Under the pieces are notes generated by a model. The model was not told the DNA's origin, searched no databases, and saw nothing but the letters and a program-made list of their open reading frames with translations. Made by a program: the position numbers and the translations under genes. Positions 11,976-25,565 of a stretch of DNA of 64,000 nucleotides are shown piece by piece (positions within the stretch are counted from its first letter, which is position 1; each line of letters opens with the position of its first letter). The DNA lies in the NCBI RefSeq assembly GCF_006345805.1, contig NC_043000.1, positions 46,934,001-46,998,000 on the forward strand, read 5' to 3'. This DNA is from Octopus sinensis (Eukaryota).

Positions 11976-13069
11976 AAATAACTATGCTTTTAATATATGT
12001 GGGACAGCAGAGCAAGGGCAAAACATTGGGTGGTAAAGAATGGCTGCAGCAAACATTAGTTCCAGGGGCTTTTAATGTGTTTGAAGAGTCTTTAGTTTGA
12101 CTAGAAAAACATTCTCCTCCCCTCATTCCATTCACACCTAGCATTATGAAGCAGTTTGTTAAAGCTCTGGATAATGGTGGATCATGCTTTCACTATATCT
12201 GCAACTTGTTTCCCAGTCTGAGCAATAAAAAGATAAAAGCTGGAGAATTTGTTGAAAAATGGGAACTGTAAATTCAGTAAATTGCATTGAAACAGCAATA
12301 TGGAATATATTTGTAATATTTGTAAATGACTTTAGTTAACAACATGTTGGAGAACTTTCAAACGTTGGGAGCAAATACGAGTAATATCTCCACAGTTACT
12401 GTGGTAAACTCCATGTTAATCACAAGGGATAAGCAAGGAGTTTATTTCCATCTGGACATAAAATCAATGAAACAAAGGTTTCAAGGCAGACAGGACTTGC
12501 ATATGATGGTGAACTATTGTTTGAATTTGTCTCATGAACTTCCTGAGGTTCAGTACTCATGAAAACCATCCAAATGCAAATCCATGGGAAATTAGTCATA
12601 GAGAATGAGGAAATTTGTCTGCAGAAAGTTAAAAGGTTTTACTACTTTTTCAGTAGAATTTTAAGAAAACATCCTGGTTTTGAAGAAAAACTAATTTTCT
12701 CATAAGCTGTTTTTTTTTTTGAGAAAAAGAACACGGAAATTCTATGGATCTTAAATTCTTGACATGGCAGTAATAAATGAATGTCATTTTTGAATTCTGT
12801 GAGTCAAATATCCCTTAGTTCAGTTTCAAGAATTTTGACAATAGACTTTTTTTATTTGGTTCTGTTTTGTGGATGGGATACCTGGCAATATTGCTTTCCA
12901 TCTTTTCAGAGTTGATAAAATAATTACAAGTCAAGCCCTAAGATTGATGTAATTGATTCACTCCATCACCTAAAAATTCTGGCCTTATGCTTACATCAAA
13001 AAGCCATTATTAGAAAACAAGTGACTCTGCAATATAGATTTATGTCCTTTACATCCAGTTTTCAAAACC

Positions 13070-13295
13070 CAGCTTTGCAGCCGTTGCCAGTACCACCTGA
13101 CTGGCCCTCGTGCTGGTGGCATGTAAAAGCATCCACTACACTCTCAGAGTGGTTGGCAATAGGAGGGGCATCCAGCTGTAGAAACTCTGCCAGATCAAGA
13201 TTGGAGCCTGCTGCAGCCATCTGGTTCGCCAGTCCTCAGTCAAATCGTCCAACCCATGCTAGCATGGAAAGTGGATGGTAAACGATGATGATGAT
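13070..13295 (+). mobile_element. RTE-tail SINE 3' part
   Basis: GCATCCACTACACTCTCAGAGTGG..AACCCATGCTAGCATGGAAAG..GATGATGAT. Confidence 0.8.
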
Positions 13296-13706
13296 AAATA
13301 AGAACAAACACTAGTCAAGTATTGGTACAACACAGCAAATAGGTTGCATTATTACGATATTGAATAAAATGCTTTGTAGTATTTATTTCAGTTTGCTGTG
13401 TTCCTAGTTGAGCCCTTGTTAAGAATTTTGTCCTTTATACTTTCAGAGTAAATAAATGAACTTTGAATTGAGTGTAGTTGACTGACAGAATTGGTAGAGC
13501 ATCAAATGAGATTTTTTACTGTAACTGTTCCATCTTTCTTTAATTCTGAATTCAATTCCTGTCTAGCCATGGCTAAACACCCAACAGTCGGAGCACCCTG
13601 TCTAATTTGCAATTAACCAGAGTAGACAAGTAGGTATACAGCCAACATAGATAAGCTGCCAATGGTTCTGAAATGATTTCATTCAAAAGATGGTCAATGA
13701 TAAATA

Positions 13707-14027
13707 GTACTCCATCAGTTATGACAACAAGGGTTTCAGCTGATCCAATCACTGGAACAGCTGTCTCATGAAATTAACGTGCACATGGCTGAGTACTTCA
13801 CAAATACATGTACCCTTAACATAGTTCTTAGGGAGATTCACTATGACACAGAGTGTGACAAGGCTGGTCGTTTGAAATACAGGTACTACTCATGTTTGTC
13901 AGCAGAATGGACACAAGCAACGTGAAATAAAGTGTCTTGCTCAAGGACATGACGTGTCACTGGGAACTGAACTCACAACATTATGATCATAAGTCAAATA
14001 CCCTAACCACTAACTCATGTGACTTCA
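13707..14027 (-). mobile_element. Degenerate SINE-C
   Basis: Shares the GAAATTAACGTG..TACCCTTAAC..GTGACAAGGCTGG block with 18870-19258. Confidence 0.75.
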
Positions 14028-14400
14028 TGGTCAATAATAGCTGATGAACAATTATAGGATTTACATACTCCCCTTTCAAAATGCAAGACATTGTGAATGT
14101 GTTAAATACTATTATTGCTTTGTATTTTAGGCTTAAAATATTTCTCAAAGCTGCAAACTAGAACTTTATATTCTGAGAAAACAGCACTAAAAGTGCAATA
14201 ATTTCATTGTTTAATAAAATAGTTTAAGAGACAATTCTCTGTCATAGAATTTCTTTAAATTCAGTTCTAAATGGCACATACATGCTACTAGGTCTAATTT
14301 ACATAAATATATTACACATTGATGTATTATCACAATGCAACATTTACTGTAGAAATAAAAATAAATTAAAACAATAAAACAATTATGTACATGATATGTA

Positions 14401-14450
<50 letters not shown>

Positions 14451-14514
14451 CAAGTATATCCATATTTGATTTGTTTTTATTTGCGTAAAACATCAAATAG
14501 ATTATTCTGTTCAG

Positions 14515-14558
14515 CTCTATTAGATGCCAAAGAAAGTAGAAATCTTCCACAAATCTAA
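14515..14558 (+). CDS. Candidate terminal coding exon (xLLDAKESRNLPQI*)
   Basis: Acceptor ATTATTCTGTTCAG, open phase-1 frame to TAA, followed by a TE-poor AT-rich stretch. No homology recognised. Confidence 0.2.
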
Positions 14559-15661
14559 TGAAGAATAGCTTGAGGAACTTGAGGAAGGCCAAGCAAGGCA
14601 GTAGTAGACAATTGTTTAATAAACTAATTGACCAATGCTTTGATAAATTATCTGAGACACATTAAACCAAGCAAGGTTACTGGCTAGTCAAAAGTGAAAT
14701 GGACCTTAATGATCCTTCTAATTAGTGCACCATTTGATTTTAGATCTTCTTTTATATCTCAAAGAAAATCAAAACCTAATTGTGTCGTTATGGCAAACTG
14801 AATTTGTCTTTCATATTTGTATCAATGTTTTCGTATTGCTGTCTTGTATTCAACCTTTGTTCTGTCTTCATTCCATATTAGTAAGAAGGCTATTGGCAAA
14901 TATATACAGTGTTCAGAATGCTCTGCAATATATGTTATACTACTATCGCTCTTTCAAATTATTCAAGTTCCAACAGCTATTTTTGTAGATATGTTTTTAT
15001 GCATGTTGACATATATAAACATTATTTTGATACAAATATGTCTCTCATTGTTGCTGTTGTTTCTTTTTTTTTATCTACAATATTGATAGAATTACTCAAA
15101 GTTCTGAAAGAAACAATAATCAAAAATTACGATTTTTTTTTTTTTAATGGAAGCAAATTCTATTAATTAATGAAGTTTACATTATTCGAAATTCAAGTGC
15201 ATATATAGTAAATATTAAAAAAAGAATGAAATATGCTTATAAAAAATATTTTTATTCTATTTTATTTTAGTACATTCTTTGATCATTTTGAGTGCTACAG
15301 AAACAAATAAGACACATACAAAGAAAAAGATTAAAAGAAAGAAGAACTAAATCACTTCTCTCATCTTGTTTAAAAACAAATTGAAAAAAAAATTCAGTAG
15401 AAAATAAAAGCAAAGTTTGTTTCGTCTTATGTTGTAGCTTAATGTTCTCTTTTCTATTATAATAAGTGTACTTTCCAAAATGACTTGGATGAAAGACAAA
15501 TATACACTACAGCTGCTATGCACTTGTATGAAAATAATAATGTGTTAATAAGTATTGATACGTCACAGATTTTCTGGACACTGATGGTTTTGAATCTCTT
15601 TTAAATCTGGTAGAATTACAACTAGCCATTTCAAACTTTTGTACTTATCATATCAATTTAC

Positions 15662-15753
15662 TCAGTGACTGCACATAGAGCAACAGTCAATGTGCTCTCC
15701 TTGTTCAAGCTGTGGCATTTGATGTTCAAGATGTGGTATTTGATGGTTATCTC
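15662..15753 (-). CDS. Candidate terminal coding exon (GDNHQIPHLEHQMPQLEQGEHIDCCSMCSH*)
   Basis: Acceptor ATTATTATCAG, 30-codon open frame with an in-frame 21-nt duplication, minus-strand AATAAA at 15251 and 15261. No homology recognised. Confidence 0.3.
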
Positions 15754-16219
15754 CTGATAATAATTGTGCAATTATTTTGCACAAAATTTATCTTAGCAAT
15801 AAATACTAAACAATGTACAAGTATCAATAGTCATGTAGAATGTAAGCACAATCAATGCTGATACAGGATATGTTCATTGAGTCAAATTAGACCGTGGTGT
15901 TTTGAGCTGAAGTGGTGAGATACTATTTAAAGAAACAAAAAAAAAACATTACTGAAATTCTACAAAAACAGATTCCAAGATGCTAATGAATATTAGAAAA
16001 TCTGTGAGAGATTATAAGACTGTTAGGCATGATTGAGTGTGTACAGATTAAAGTGTGTACTTGATGATACCATAGAAATAGAACAGACTAAAGTGTGTAC
16101 AGAGCTTAAATTAGGATATTGCAATTATAGTGAAGGATGGCTTCAAAGGTTTGAGAATTGACATGGAGTAAAATGACCCAAAAGTCAGCTGCTAAGTTTG
16201 TGGAAGCATTTGTTAAATT

Positions 16220-16515
16220 TGTTTTTGTTTGTTCCTTCTGGCTCATTAGGGCCGGTTTCCTGGTTTCCTTGGCATATAGGTTCCCCACCTAGATGGGATG
16301 CTGGTCCATCGCAGGTGAGCTGCAAGATGCAAGAGGAAAGAGTGAGGGAAAGTTGTGGTGAAAGAGTCAGCAGAAGTTCGCCATTACCTTCTGTCGGAGC
16401 TGTTTGGAGCTTACGTGTTTCGCTCATAAACACACACATTGCCCAGTCTGAGATTCAAACCCGTGATCCCTCAACTATGAGTCCGCTGCTTTAACCACTA
16501 GGCCATGTGCCTCCA
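16220..16515 (-). mobile_element. SINE-C variant
   Basis: tRNA-like head TGGCCTAGTGG..GGTTTGAATCTC on the minus strand; body shared with 1660-1908 and 18870-19258. Confidence 0.75.
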
Positions 16516-18869
16516 AATTTGTTTTTAATGAGAACTAAATCATGAGCAGAAGAATTACAGAAAAAGCTGCATGGTATTAGGTAATGCTCACCTAAGAGGA
16601 CCTTAATAGAAAAAGATGAAAGGCCAACAGAATTCAAACACTTTTAAGATATTTATCATAATAGTATACTCCAATGATACAGACACTCACACAGATGTAA
16701 GCAATAGAGAATAAGTAAAAGTAAATGCCCTTGAGCTTTAAGTGTTAAAATTTTTTCATTCATATACCAGGAAAATAAATAAGGCAGGAATATCCCTGAA
16801 ATTACTGTATAGTGGTTTGAAAAGCATTTTGTGATAGATGCCAGAGCATATAGCATATTTGTAGCCCTATGACAAAATGAGAAAAAACTTTTGGACACCC
16901 AAAGTGAACTTCTGTGTAAGAATAATGATTTTACTGCACATTTGCTATCCAAGACGAAGGAATTCTGTATTATATGAAGATGAAGTGTCAAGAAGAGTCA
17001 CTCACTTTTCAAGAAATGCATGGTATGGTAAATGCTTGCAAAAGCTATAAAGAGTACAAAGTAAAAGACATGGTTCGGTCCATTGCTTAGTGCTCAAGAT
17101 TACGTGAAACTATCACTGCTATCATTAGAATGGCTGGCATAAGTTGTGGCCTGTCTTATTGTTCATGAATTCTCTTTATAGAAATGTTGATAAAGGTTTA
17201 TAATAAAAAATACTGAAAGATGCATTGAAATTTTATTCTGATCAAATTCAATGTTTGAATCTAAGAGAGAACATTTGGGCATGGTTTGGGCATGAACATG
17301 CTGGAAGAAAATTTGCATACTCTGATCAACTTTTGTAAGCTGTGAAATTTCGGTGGAAAAATATTGAGATTTTTTTGAAATAAAACACTATGATGGTTTG
17401 CCCCAAAGATCAGACACCTTAAAAAAGCAGAGGGTATGCCATTCCAGATAAATTTGTAGAGGTAATTCTGGATGTTCTTTTATTTTATGAGTTTTTGATA
17501 AGTAATAAAATATTTAATAAAAAAAAAGTTTAAAAATCGATTTGGTTGATGTTTGTTAGATACAAGCATGGTTGCATAACTAAAAAGTTTGTTTACCACT
17601 ATGAGGTACTGGGTTCAATTCTACTGCATGGTATCTTAGGCTAGTGTTTTTGCCTTTGTCTGAGATTGGCTAAATCCATTGTCTGGTTTAACACCACCTA
17701 AAGCTTTTGGTATCTTTAGCAGAGTTTACTTTTTGCAAGCATTTGGGCCAGATCGCCAATTTGAGAATAGCTTCCTTCTCTCTACTTTCCATTAGTCTCA
17801 GAAGCCTTATAGAAGTTTATTGACACTGTCATTCTCCTTGGCTAAAAGACAAAAATAAATTTTAACACCTGTGAATAAAACTTTTAAAATCCATTAGTGT
17901 TAATGAAAATTATTTTCAATGTGGGCAAGGTTATTACTCTAAAATTTAAGTTAACTAAAAGTTATTAAATGGAAATATGTAGTGGAGCATAGGGAATCCT
18001 GAAAATTTCTGCCTGCTATATTTAAACCACTAATCTCCATTCAGATAGAGCTACTGATATCATTCTGAATTACTTAATTGATTTACTTTCTCACTTGATA
18101 CGATTACTCTAGAGCAAGAGAAGCTGTTCAGCAAACCTTCTTCCTATCTCATTCCTTTGAAATAATTCTGTTGTCTTGGGAATTGATGTACATTTATAAT
18201 TAATATATTTTTGCACTATTGTCTCTTGAGAAATATTTAGTGTATGACTCTAAGGCAGATACATTATATAGATTATATAGATTAGTAACTGTAGTCAAAG
18301 CAAAATATGTTCTTATTGGTCATTGTAACAATATTTGATCATGTAAGATAAATTAAGTCAGAAAATTTAGAGATAATTTAATTTCTAACATTTTTGATCT
18401 GAATTTTCACCTAACTTATTCAGCTAGTTCTTTGAAAATATAGTTTTCCATATTGTCTGGTTCTTAGCAAATATAGTTTTCCTTACTCACTCACCAGTCT
18501 TTAAACATCAAGCACATCAGCTGATGAATTCACTAGCTTTTAGTCTTTCAGTAATATATGTAGAAGATGCCAGTAGAATTACAGATACTTGATATCAGTG
18601 GGTTTAGGAATATGTAATGCCATTCAGGTATGTTCTAATATGTTCCATTAAACTCTTTAATAGGCTTTAGTGGTCAAGTCAATTCCTTCATGATTAAATT
18701 GTCTCTAAATTAATAAGGGTGTAAATAAAATAATATTCTACTACTTTTTTAACAGATTCATCTTTTAGACAACAACTACCAAGGCAAATTTTACTGAGTA
18801 TAAAGGGGAAGAAGAGGGACAAATTAAAATGCAGGAAGCTGTTTTCATTGATTGTACCAATGTCTGTCA

Positions 18870-19258
18870 TTTTGGTGGAAGCACTCCGTCGGTTACGACA
18901 ACGAGGGTTCTGGTTGATCCGAATCAATGGAACAGCCTGCTCGTGAAATTAACGTGTAAGTGGCTGAGCACTCCACAGACACATGTACCCTTAACGTAGT
19001 TCTCGGGGATATTCAGTATGACACAGAGAGTGACAAGGCCGGCCCTTTGAAATACAGGTACAACAGAAACAAGAAGTAAGAGTGAGAGAAAGTTGTGGTG
19101 AAAGAGTACAGCAGGGATCACCACCATCCCCTGCCAGAGCCTCGTGGAGCTTTAGGTGTTTTCGCTCAATAAACACTCACAACGCCCGGTCTGGGAATCA
19201 AAACCGCGATCCTATGACCACGAGTCCGTTGCCCTAACCACTGGGCCATTGCGCCTCC
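18870..19258 (-). mobile_element. SINE-C, long form
   Basis: Head GGAGGCGCAATGGCCCAGTGGTTAGG..GGTTTTGATTCCC; 3' block shared with 13707-14027 and about 45470-45620. Confidence 0.85.
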
Positions 19259-19387
19259 CTGTCATTTTACAATGGCACACACACATATTATTGTTGGTAA
19301 TCTCTTAGGATCAAGAATGATTGTGCACTGGGTTAAAATTTTATGGACCGGTATGTGAATACATAGGCCAGTGTAAGGCTCATAAGT

Positions 19388-19720
19388 TTGTTAAGTTAAG
19401 TTACGTTAAGTTAATTTTTTGGCTCAAAAAGCAAAAAGCAAGGCCATGTAGGAGGACATGGAGTTATGTGCAGGGAGGGTGTTCATGCAAAGAGTTCAGG
19501 CCATTTCTGGTCAAGAGAGACATTGAACCGAGTGGTCGTCGGCATCTTCACTATCTTGTCCGGCAGCTTATTCCATGAATCCGCAACCTGGACGGAGAAA
19601 GCCCTTCTCCTTCGATTGAGATGAAATCGTTGCAGATAGAGCTTTTCGGAGTGACCCCGCAGCCGACGCTCTGGTTGCAAACTGGACATTTCTTGTCTCA
19701 GGGAAGAAGAGGTACTGAAT
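19388..19720 (-). mobile_element. CR1-type LINE 3' end
   Basis: RLRGHSEKLYLQRFHLNRRRRAFSVQVADSWNKLPDKIVKM..FNVSLD is a typical CR1 ORF2 C-terminus; (TTAAC)n tail at about 19391-19412. Confidence 0.9.
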
Positions 19721-20984
19721 TGATCACTGTGTGCTGCTTTCAATGTTTACATTTATCATTGTAAAGCTATCTTCATGATGTATCAACGTGTCAGACTCAA
19801 TCAAAGATTATCTGTCTCTTCTCTCCTTGGTTAATCACTGATAGTTTGCACTCATATGCATTGATGCCACACTTTCTCAATTATCTTCTAAATAGCTTTT
19901 CAATCACTTTTTTCTGCTTGATGTGTGATATCATTCATTCATCTGTGAGTAAAATAATTTTGTTGCAAGCAATAGTCTGCCATTCATATGACATGGCCAG
20001 CTCTTCAAAGCTGATGCCATGTAATAATCCTTTCTACAATAGGCCCAAGACCTGAAATTTTATAGGAGGAGAATAGTCAATTACATCAACATCAATACTC
20101 AACTGGTACAATCTATGTGTTCTATAGAGTCAAGTAATAATCTAATGGTGAAATTTGTTGAAAATTTTGTTAAATTTCCATTATACATGTTGTAGCAAGT
20201 GACTTGAAGTGGAAGGTATGTGGGTTCAATTTCTAGGTGAAAAGAAACTCACTTCATGTATACCAGCAGTGTGCCTCTTATAAAGTATGAATATAGCCAT
20301 ACCATTTTCATTTGAAACACTGGGCTTTTAATTTGTACCAAATAAACCAGTTTTTATCACCACCATGAGTACACTCAGAAATGCCTCAGACTCACCCTCA
20401 TAGCTATTCCTTCCCAATGCTCACACACATATACCAAAATGTTGTCTTACAACCAGCACATTAAATCAGAATAGGAAAGTGAAGTAGTAATTTCTCAGTA
20501 AAAAAGAAACATTGGACATTAAATAAAATGATACGGAGCAAAAAAAATTCTACATATTTTTAACGCATAATCTATAATAAGAAACATCATAACATATATG
20601 TACGCAGACTAACACACACAAGCATGCGCAGATGCACACACACACACGCAAAACATTCAATATATTACTAAATAGTATTATATAAAAAATATAAAATCAC
20701 ACGAAAATAGAGAAAAAAAAACAATGATGGAAGTATCATTTTGTAACTTACAAAGGTATCTACGAATATTGAATTGAAAATCACAATGATAAGACAAATC
20801 CTAAATGAATATTCAATTTAAGTATTTTCTGGCTTTTTGCTGCTGCTGCTACTGCTGCTGCTGTTGTTGTTGTTGTTATTGTTGTTGCTGTTGTTGTTAT
20901 TGCCATAGTGTATTCACCAGCATAAAGTGATTATCATATGAAAATGGTGTTATACTATTATATAATATCTTAGTTATCAGTAAT

Positions 20985-21175
20985 ATATTCAGAGAATAAA
21001 AGTGTTTCACTATATATATGTGTCTTTGTGCACATGTACACACACACACACTCACACACACATTCATATACAGACATGCGTGTATGTGAGTGTGTGTGTG
21101 TGTATATATATATATGAAATCTCTGTGCGAGGTATAATAAATCTCACACACACACACACACATATATAAATATAT

Positions 21176-21214
<39 letters not shown>

Positions 21215-21600
21215 TATATTATATATATATATATATATGTCTGTGTACATATACATATATATATGTATATATACACATACATATATATTTATATAAATAC
21301 ATATAGATGTACATGTATGTATACTTATATATGTGTGTGTATATATATATGTATGTATATATATATATATGTATATATATATGTATATATGTCATATATG
21401 CGTATACATACACATATACAAGTCACTGACATGTGTGTGTATGTGTGTGTGTGTAATATCTTATATATATTTTTATATCATATATACATATATGTTAGTG
21501 TGTATTGACACACACACACATGTACACAGAACATACACAGATATATTATATACCCACTCATACATGCTCATAGAGACATACACACATACACACATACTAT
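20985..21600. repeat. Compound TA/CA/TATG microsatellite field
   Basis: Direct inspection; source of several spurious Y/I-rich ORFs. Confidence 0.95.
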
Positions 21601-22999
21601 TCAGCACATACAATTATATTCTGATCAATGCTCTCTTACAAATTTTTATTTCTTGTTTTTTACTTCATAAAATCATATATTTCTTAAAAATATGAAAAAT
21701 CAAAACAATCTCTGCCTCTAAAAACAGTGGCATAGAACTATTCTTAAACCAAAGTTTATTTTCTCTTTTATTTATTTCCATTCTCTTAAACTACATTACT
21801 ACAAATAACAGCATCAGTCATCATAAACTGTAAAGATAGGAGGCTGAAGCTATTCTTTGGTGATGCAAAATTAATTGATAATTATAAGAGAAAGAAATAA
21901 TCTATTTCTATAAAGCTGATTTGAATAACAGAATTAAACACCGAGATATATTGTTGCTTTGTTTCCTGAATCTCTCCACATGTTGCATTGTTTTACTTTT
22001 GTCTTGGATGTCGTTGTTGTTGTTGCTGCTGCTGCTGCTGCTGTTTTTGTATGGTTATCTATGACCCTTTACATAGCGTCTTAGACTACTGGAAGGGAGG
22101 GTTGATGGTTATTGAAAAGAAAGTCCTGGTTCAGATTCTTGTAACAAAGTGGGCTACATCATTAGCCCCCATAAGCCAATTGAAGGGGTTCAACTGGGCA
22201 GGAGTTCAAGTCTGCTGTCATTTTTTAAGCCCATGAGGGGACATCACTTGCCCTTTAAGAAACAAGAAATGGTTCAGCATTAAGCAGATGAACTCTCAGA
22301 ACAGCTCTAAGAACAGAAGAACATAGAAAGCTTCTTAAATAAAAATTATGTTACAATATTTGATTTTAAATATAAACACTTGAAAATGAAAGATTTTATT
22401 TTATAAAACCAGGTTGGGATCAAGTAGTTTGGTGTCCTTTCTTTTGTAAGGTGGTTGTGTGTGACATGAGGAAGATTTTGCTGCTATTTCAAATAAGTTG
22501 AATTATCATTGATAAGCATCCTCATTGAATGGCAGGTGGAGTGTAGTTGATTAAATGAACTTAGTGTTTCACTGCCTCTTTATCAAAGGCAAACAGAGGA
22601 ATGAAAACTGAAATTGACATCAATGTGAATTGAACTTAAAAAAACAAAAGAAGCAGCAAACTAGAAGGCCAAAAATCGTAACTTTATGCTGTCTGGGCCA
22701 TCTTTTTTATTATACCACCAAAGTTAAAATAAAAAATAAACCCATCAAATACTTGTTTTGTTGAATGGAAAAATTATTTTGAATTGTGTGGGGACTAAAC
22801 TCAGAAAACACTAAGTTGAAAATTTAAAATCTGTTAGAGATTTTCTTTTTTTTTGTAATATTATTCAATGACTTAATTAGCAATATGCATGGCTTCTACA
22901 GATCCACTAAGACTTTTCCATAACATTACTCTAATATCATGTATTGAAAAAATACCCATGTTTTCATGCTAAACTGGTTTCAGTATTTGAATATCCCAT

Positions 23000-24160
23000 A
23001 TTTTTTCATTTGATAGATTTTATGGAGACATGACCTACAATGTTCATTGATAGAACGAGGCATCAGACTATAGAGAACCAGCAGATACTTAATTCAACAA
23101 CCTACTATGAGAATTAATGACTTGATAATCCATTTGGTGATAGCCATATGGCCCTTTTTATGAATCATATCCAAGACAAGCCAGGTTGCCAAAGCCCATT
23201 CTTCTCCCCATAAAGAGTAGAAATTAGCATTATAAGACAGTTAGACATGAACATGAATCCCTTGCCAAATTTACAGTGTAGGCAACCTTAGTTGAATCCA
23301 TGTCTTAACGTGGGTCATCTGGAGTTATATCCCCTGTTCACCTCGTTAACAACGAGGTGGCGCTCGTGAGATAGGGATAAAAAAGACATGCAGAGCCAAG
23401 AACGGCCTCTTTTGCTGACCAAAGCGGCCTGCTGCTAACTGCATTGTCTCCCTCTCTGCTACTGGACTACCCCGTGTTGATGTGAATTGTGTTGAATCCA
23501 CTATACCAGTCATGGAAGGCGGCAAAATGAAAACCTTTTCTTATTCAACTTCCATTCTGCTCTGTTAAATGTTAACATACAAGCTGTGTATGAATGCTCT
23601 CCTCCCGGATTGGAATAAATATACTATGTAGATGAAGGCTTCGAAAACTCATACGAATTGTTGTTTCTCACTGGATTAATTCCTACAGCTATCAGAAGGC
23701 TGTGTGTTCATATCATGTTGGGGTCACCACTTTAGCGAGCTTTTAGCCCACTAATTTAATATATATTTCTTTACTACCCACAAGCGGCTAAACATAGAGC
23801 AGACAAACAAGGACAGACAAATGGATTAAGTCGATTACATTGACCCCCAGTGCGTAACTGGTACTTAATTTATCGACCCCGAAAGGATGAAAGGCAAAGT
23901 CGACCTCGGCGGAATTTGAACTCAGGACGTAACGGCAGACGAAATACGGCTACGCATTTCGCTCGGAGTGCTAACGTTTCTGCCAGCTCCCCGCCTTTTA
24001 ATATAATTTAATTTAATATAATGTCCGGTCATCCTTCGATAGCTGTAGGAATTAATCCAGTGAGAAACAACAACAATTCGTATGAGTTTTCAAAGTTTTC
24101 ATGTACATGGTATATTTATTCCAATCCGGGAGGAGAGCATTCATACACAGCTTGTATGCT
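23000..24160. repeat. Probable Penelope-like terminal region with a ~120-bp inverted repeat
   Basis: 23576-23693 is the inverted copy of 24038-24158; hairpin CACCTCGTT-AAC-AACGAGGTG at 23339-23359. Confidence 0.5.
23764..23996 (-). mobile_element. SINE-B
   Basis: Near-consensus copy lying inside the inverted-repeat spacer. Confidence 0.9.
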
Positions 24161-25492
24161 AAAGCTGCATCAATACTGCTTAAAGCAAAACATTCCCTTC
24201 GCACCTTGCAGCACTTCTTATTTACACCTATAATGACTGTAAGGTTCAAGAGATTAAAGTCTTGATCATGGATACAACTAACTGCTAGTGACAGAAAATA
24301 GGTATATAGCCTCTTGTTTGTTACTCTAGTAATATTTGCATAGATTTGAATTATTTCATATGGAGAGATACTCCAAAGAGAAGGTCTTGCTTGGCTTCAT
24401 ATCAGCTGAGTCTTAGAAGTACTTAGAACAAAATATAACCAAATTTGAAGGATTTTTAACATTTTAAAGAAATGATAAATGATATAATGGTCATGGTAAG
24501 GGAAATTGACAGGACAAGAGAAATCAATAAGCATTTTAGAAGGACAAAAATATATTAATAGGAATGGATTTGATCTTAGCCCTTTAGCACTTCCTCTATT
24601 TCTTTTGCCAAAAGAAATACTTAGAAATAACATGTGAATTTTAAGTGCTGAGACTCTCAAAGCTGTCATTCATTTTTAAAAAGGAATTTCAATTGATAGG
24701 TTAATAGTTTTGGCACCACAAGAACTACACTGCCTTTTGAGAAATCCCATTACACTCTGATCTTTGTGCAAGATAGTAAACAAAAAAAAACAAAAACAAA
24801 AATACAATAGAAAATACTTTTAGAAAGCAAAGAGAGCAGAACAGTAGAAAGTTTGTAGGTAATTTCGGTGAAGTTTGTTGTATTTATGAACATCTTGATC
24901 ATCATTGTAATTGGTATTTTGAACAAAGTCTGTTGCTTTTTCAAGTATGGTGCTTGGATTTAGTGTAGAATGTAAATGATTTAAGGAGCCCCATGAGGTT
25001 TTTAAAGGCAGATGCATCTTTCCGGTTTATTTATGTTTATCAGATAAGAGATAAATTTAACTCTGGATAGAATGTCAATCTTTTGAAGGTATCAAATCCC
25101 TTAAAACCAGAATGGAGACATGTAAGATTCATGTGTATATCATTCAGATATTCAGTGTAAAAATAAAGAAATTATTATGAAAAACAAAAAGAAATTTTTT
25201 TTTATTTCAAAATTGTTGAACAATCAACTGAAACATGAATAAAAAACTGTTTTATTGAATTTATAGTTTTATGTAAAAAAAAAAAAGAAGTTAAACAATA
25301 AATGTTTAAATGTCTAAGTTGAACTTGTACATGTTCAAGAATAACACCTTGCGATGCTTGAATATCAAAAAGATCAAAATATTCCTGTAAGTAAATATTG
25401 AGAGATGTTTTTTGTTTTATTTAAACATTAGGTAAATAATCTGAAAATTTATATTCTAACATGTTGAATAATAATTAATCTCTTGCATACAC

Positions 25493-25565
<73 letters not shown>

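Larger units (their letters stand above)
9997..12680 (+). mobile_element. Decayed Chapaev/CMC-like (Chapaev3-type) DNA transposon; transposase pseudogene in three pieces
   Basis: Pieces: LFDQNELSESVRGLELSKEF..LASKLKG..LLNVGTKV (10530-10650); ELVYCTN..WCLFIDNLKRSILLHNGN..VAHST..ICMDFKLVNLLLG (11131-11410); WDSRARAKH..LVNNMLENFQTLG..DKQGVYFHLDIKSMKQRFQGR..HMMVNYCLNL (11990-12560). Match to this transposase family is from memory; left end (CACAACC..) is inferred. Confidence 0.75.

Noticed and set aside
17030-17744. 13-15 bp inverted match AAATGCTTGCAAAA / TTTTGCAAGCATTT as MITE TIRs
   Set aside because: Short and AT-rich, with no TSD seen; compatible with chance.
24820-25017. STILEKATDFVQ resembling a bHLH helix 2
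   Set aside because: No acceptor site, basic region or helix 1 was found; a short chance similarity.
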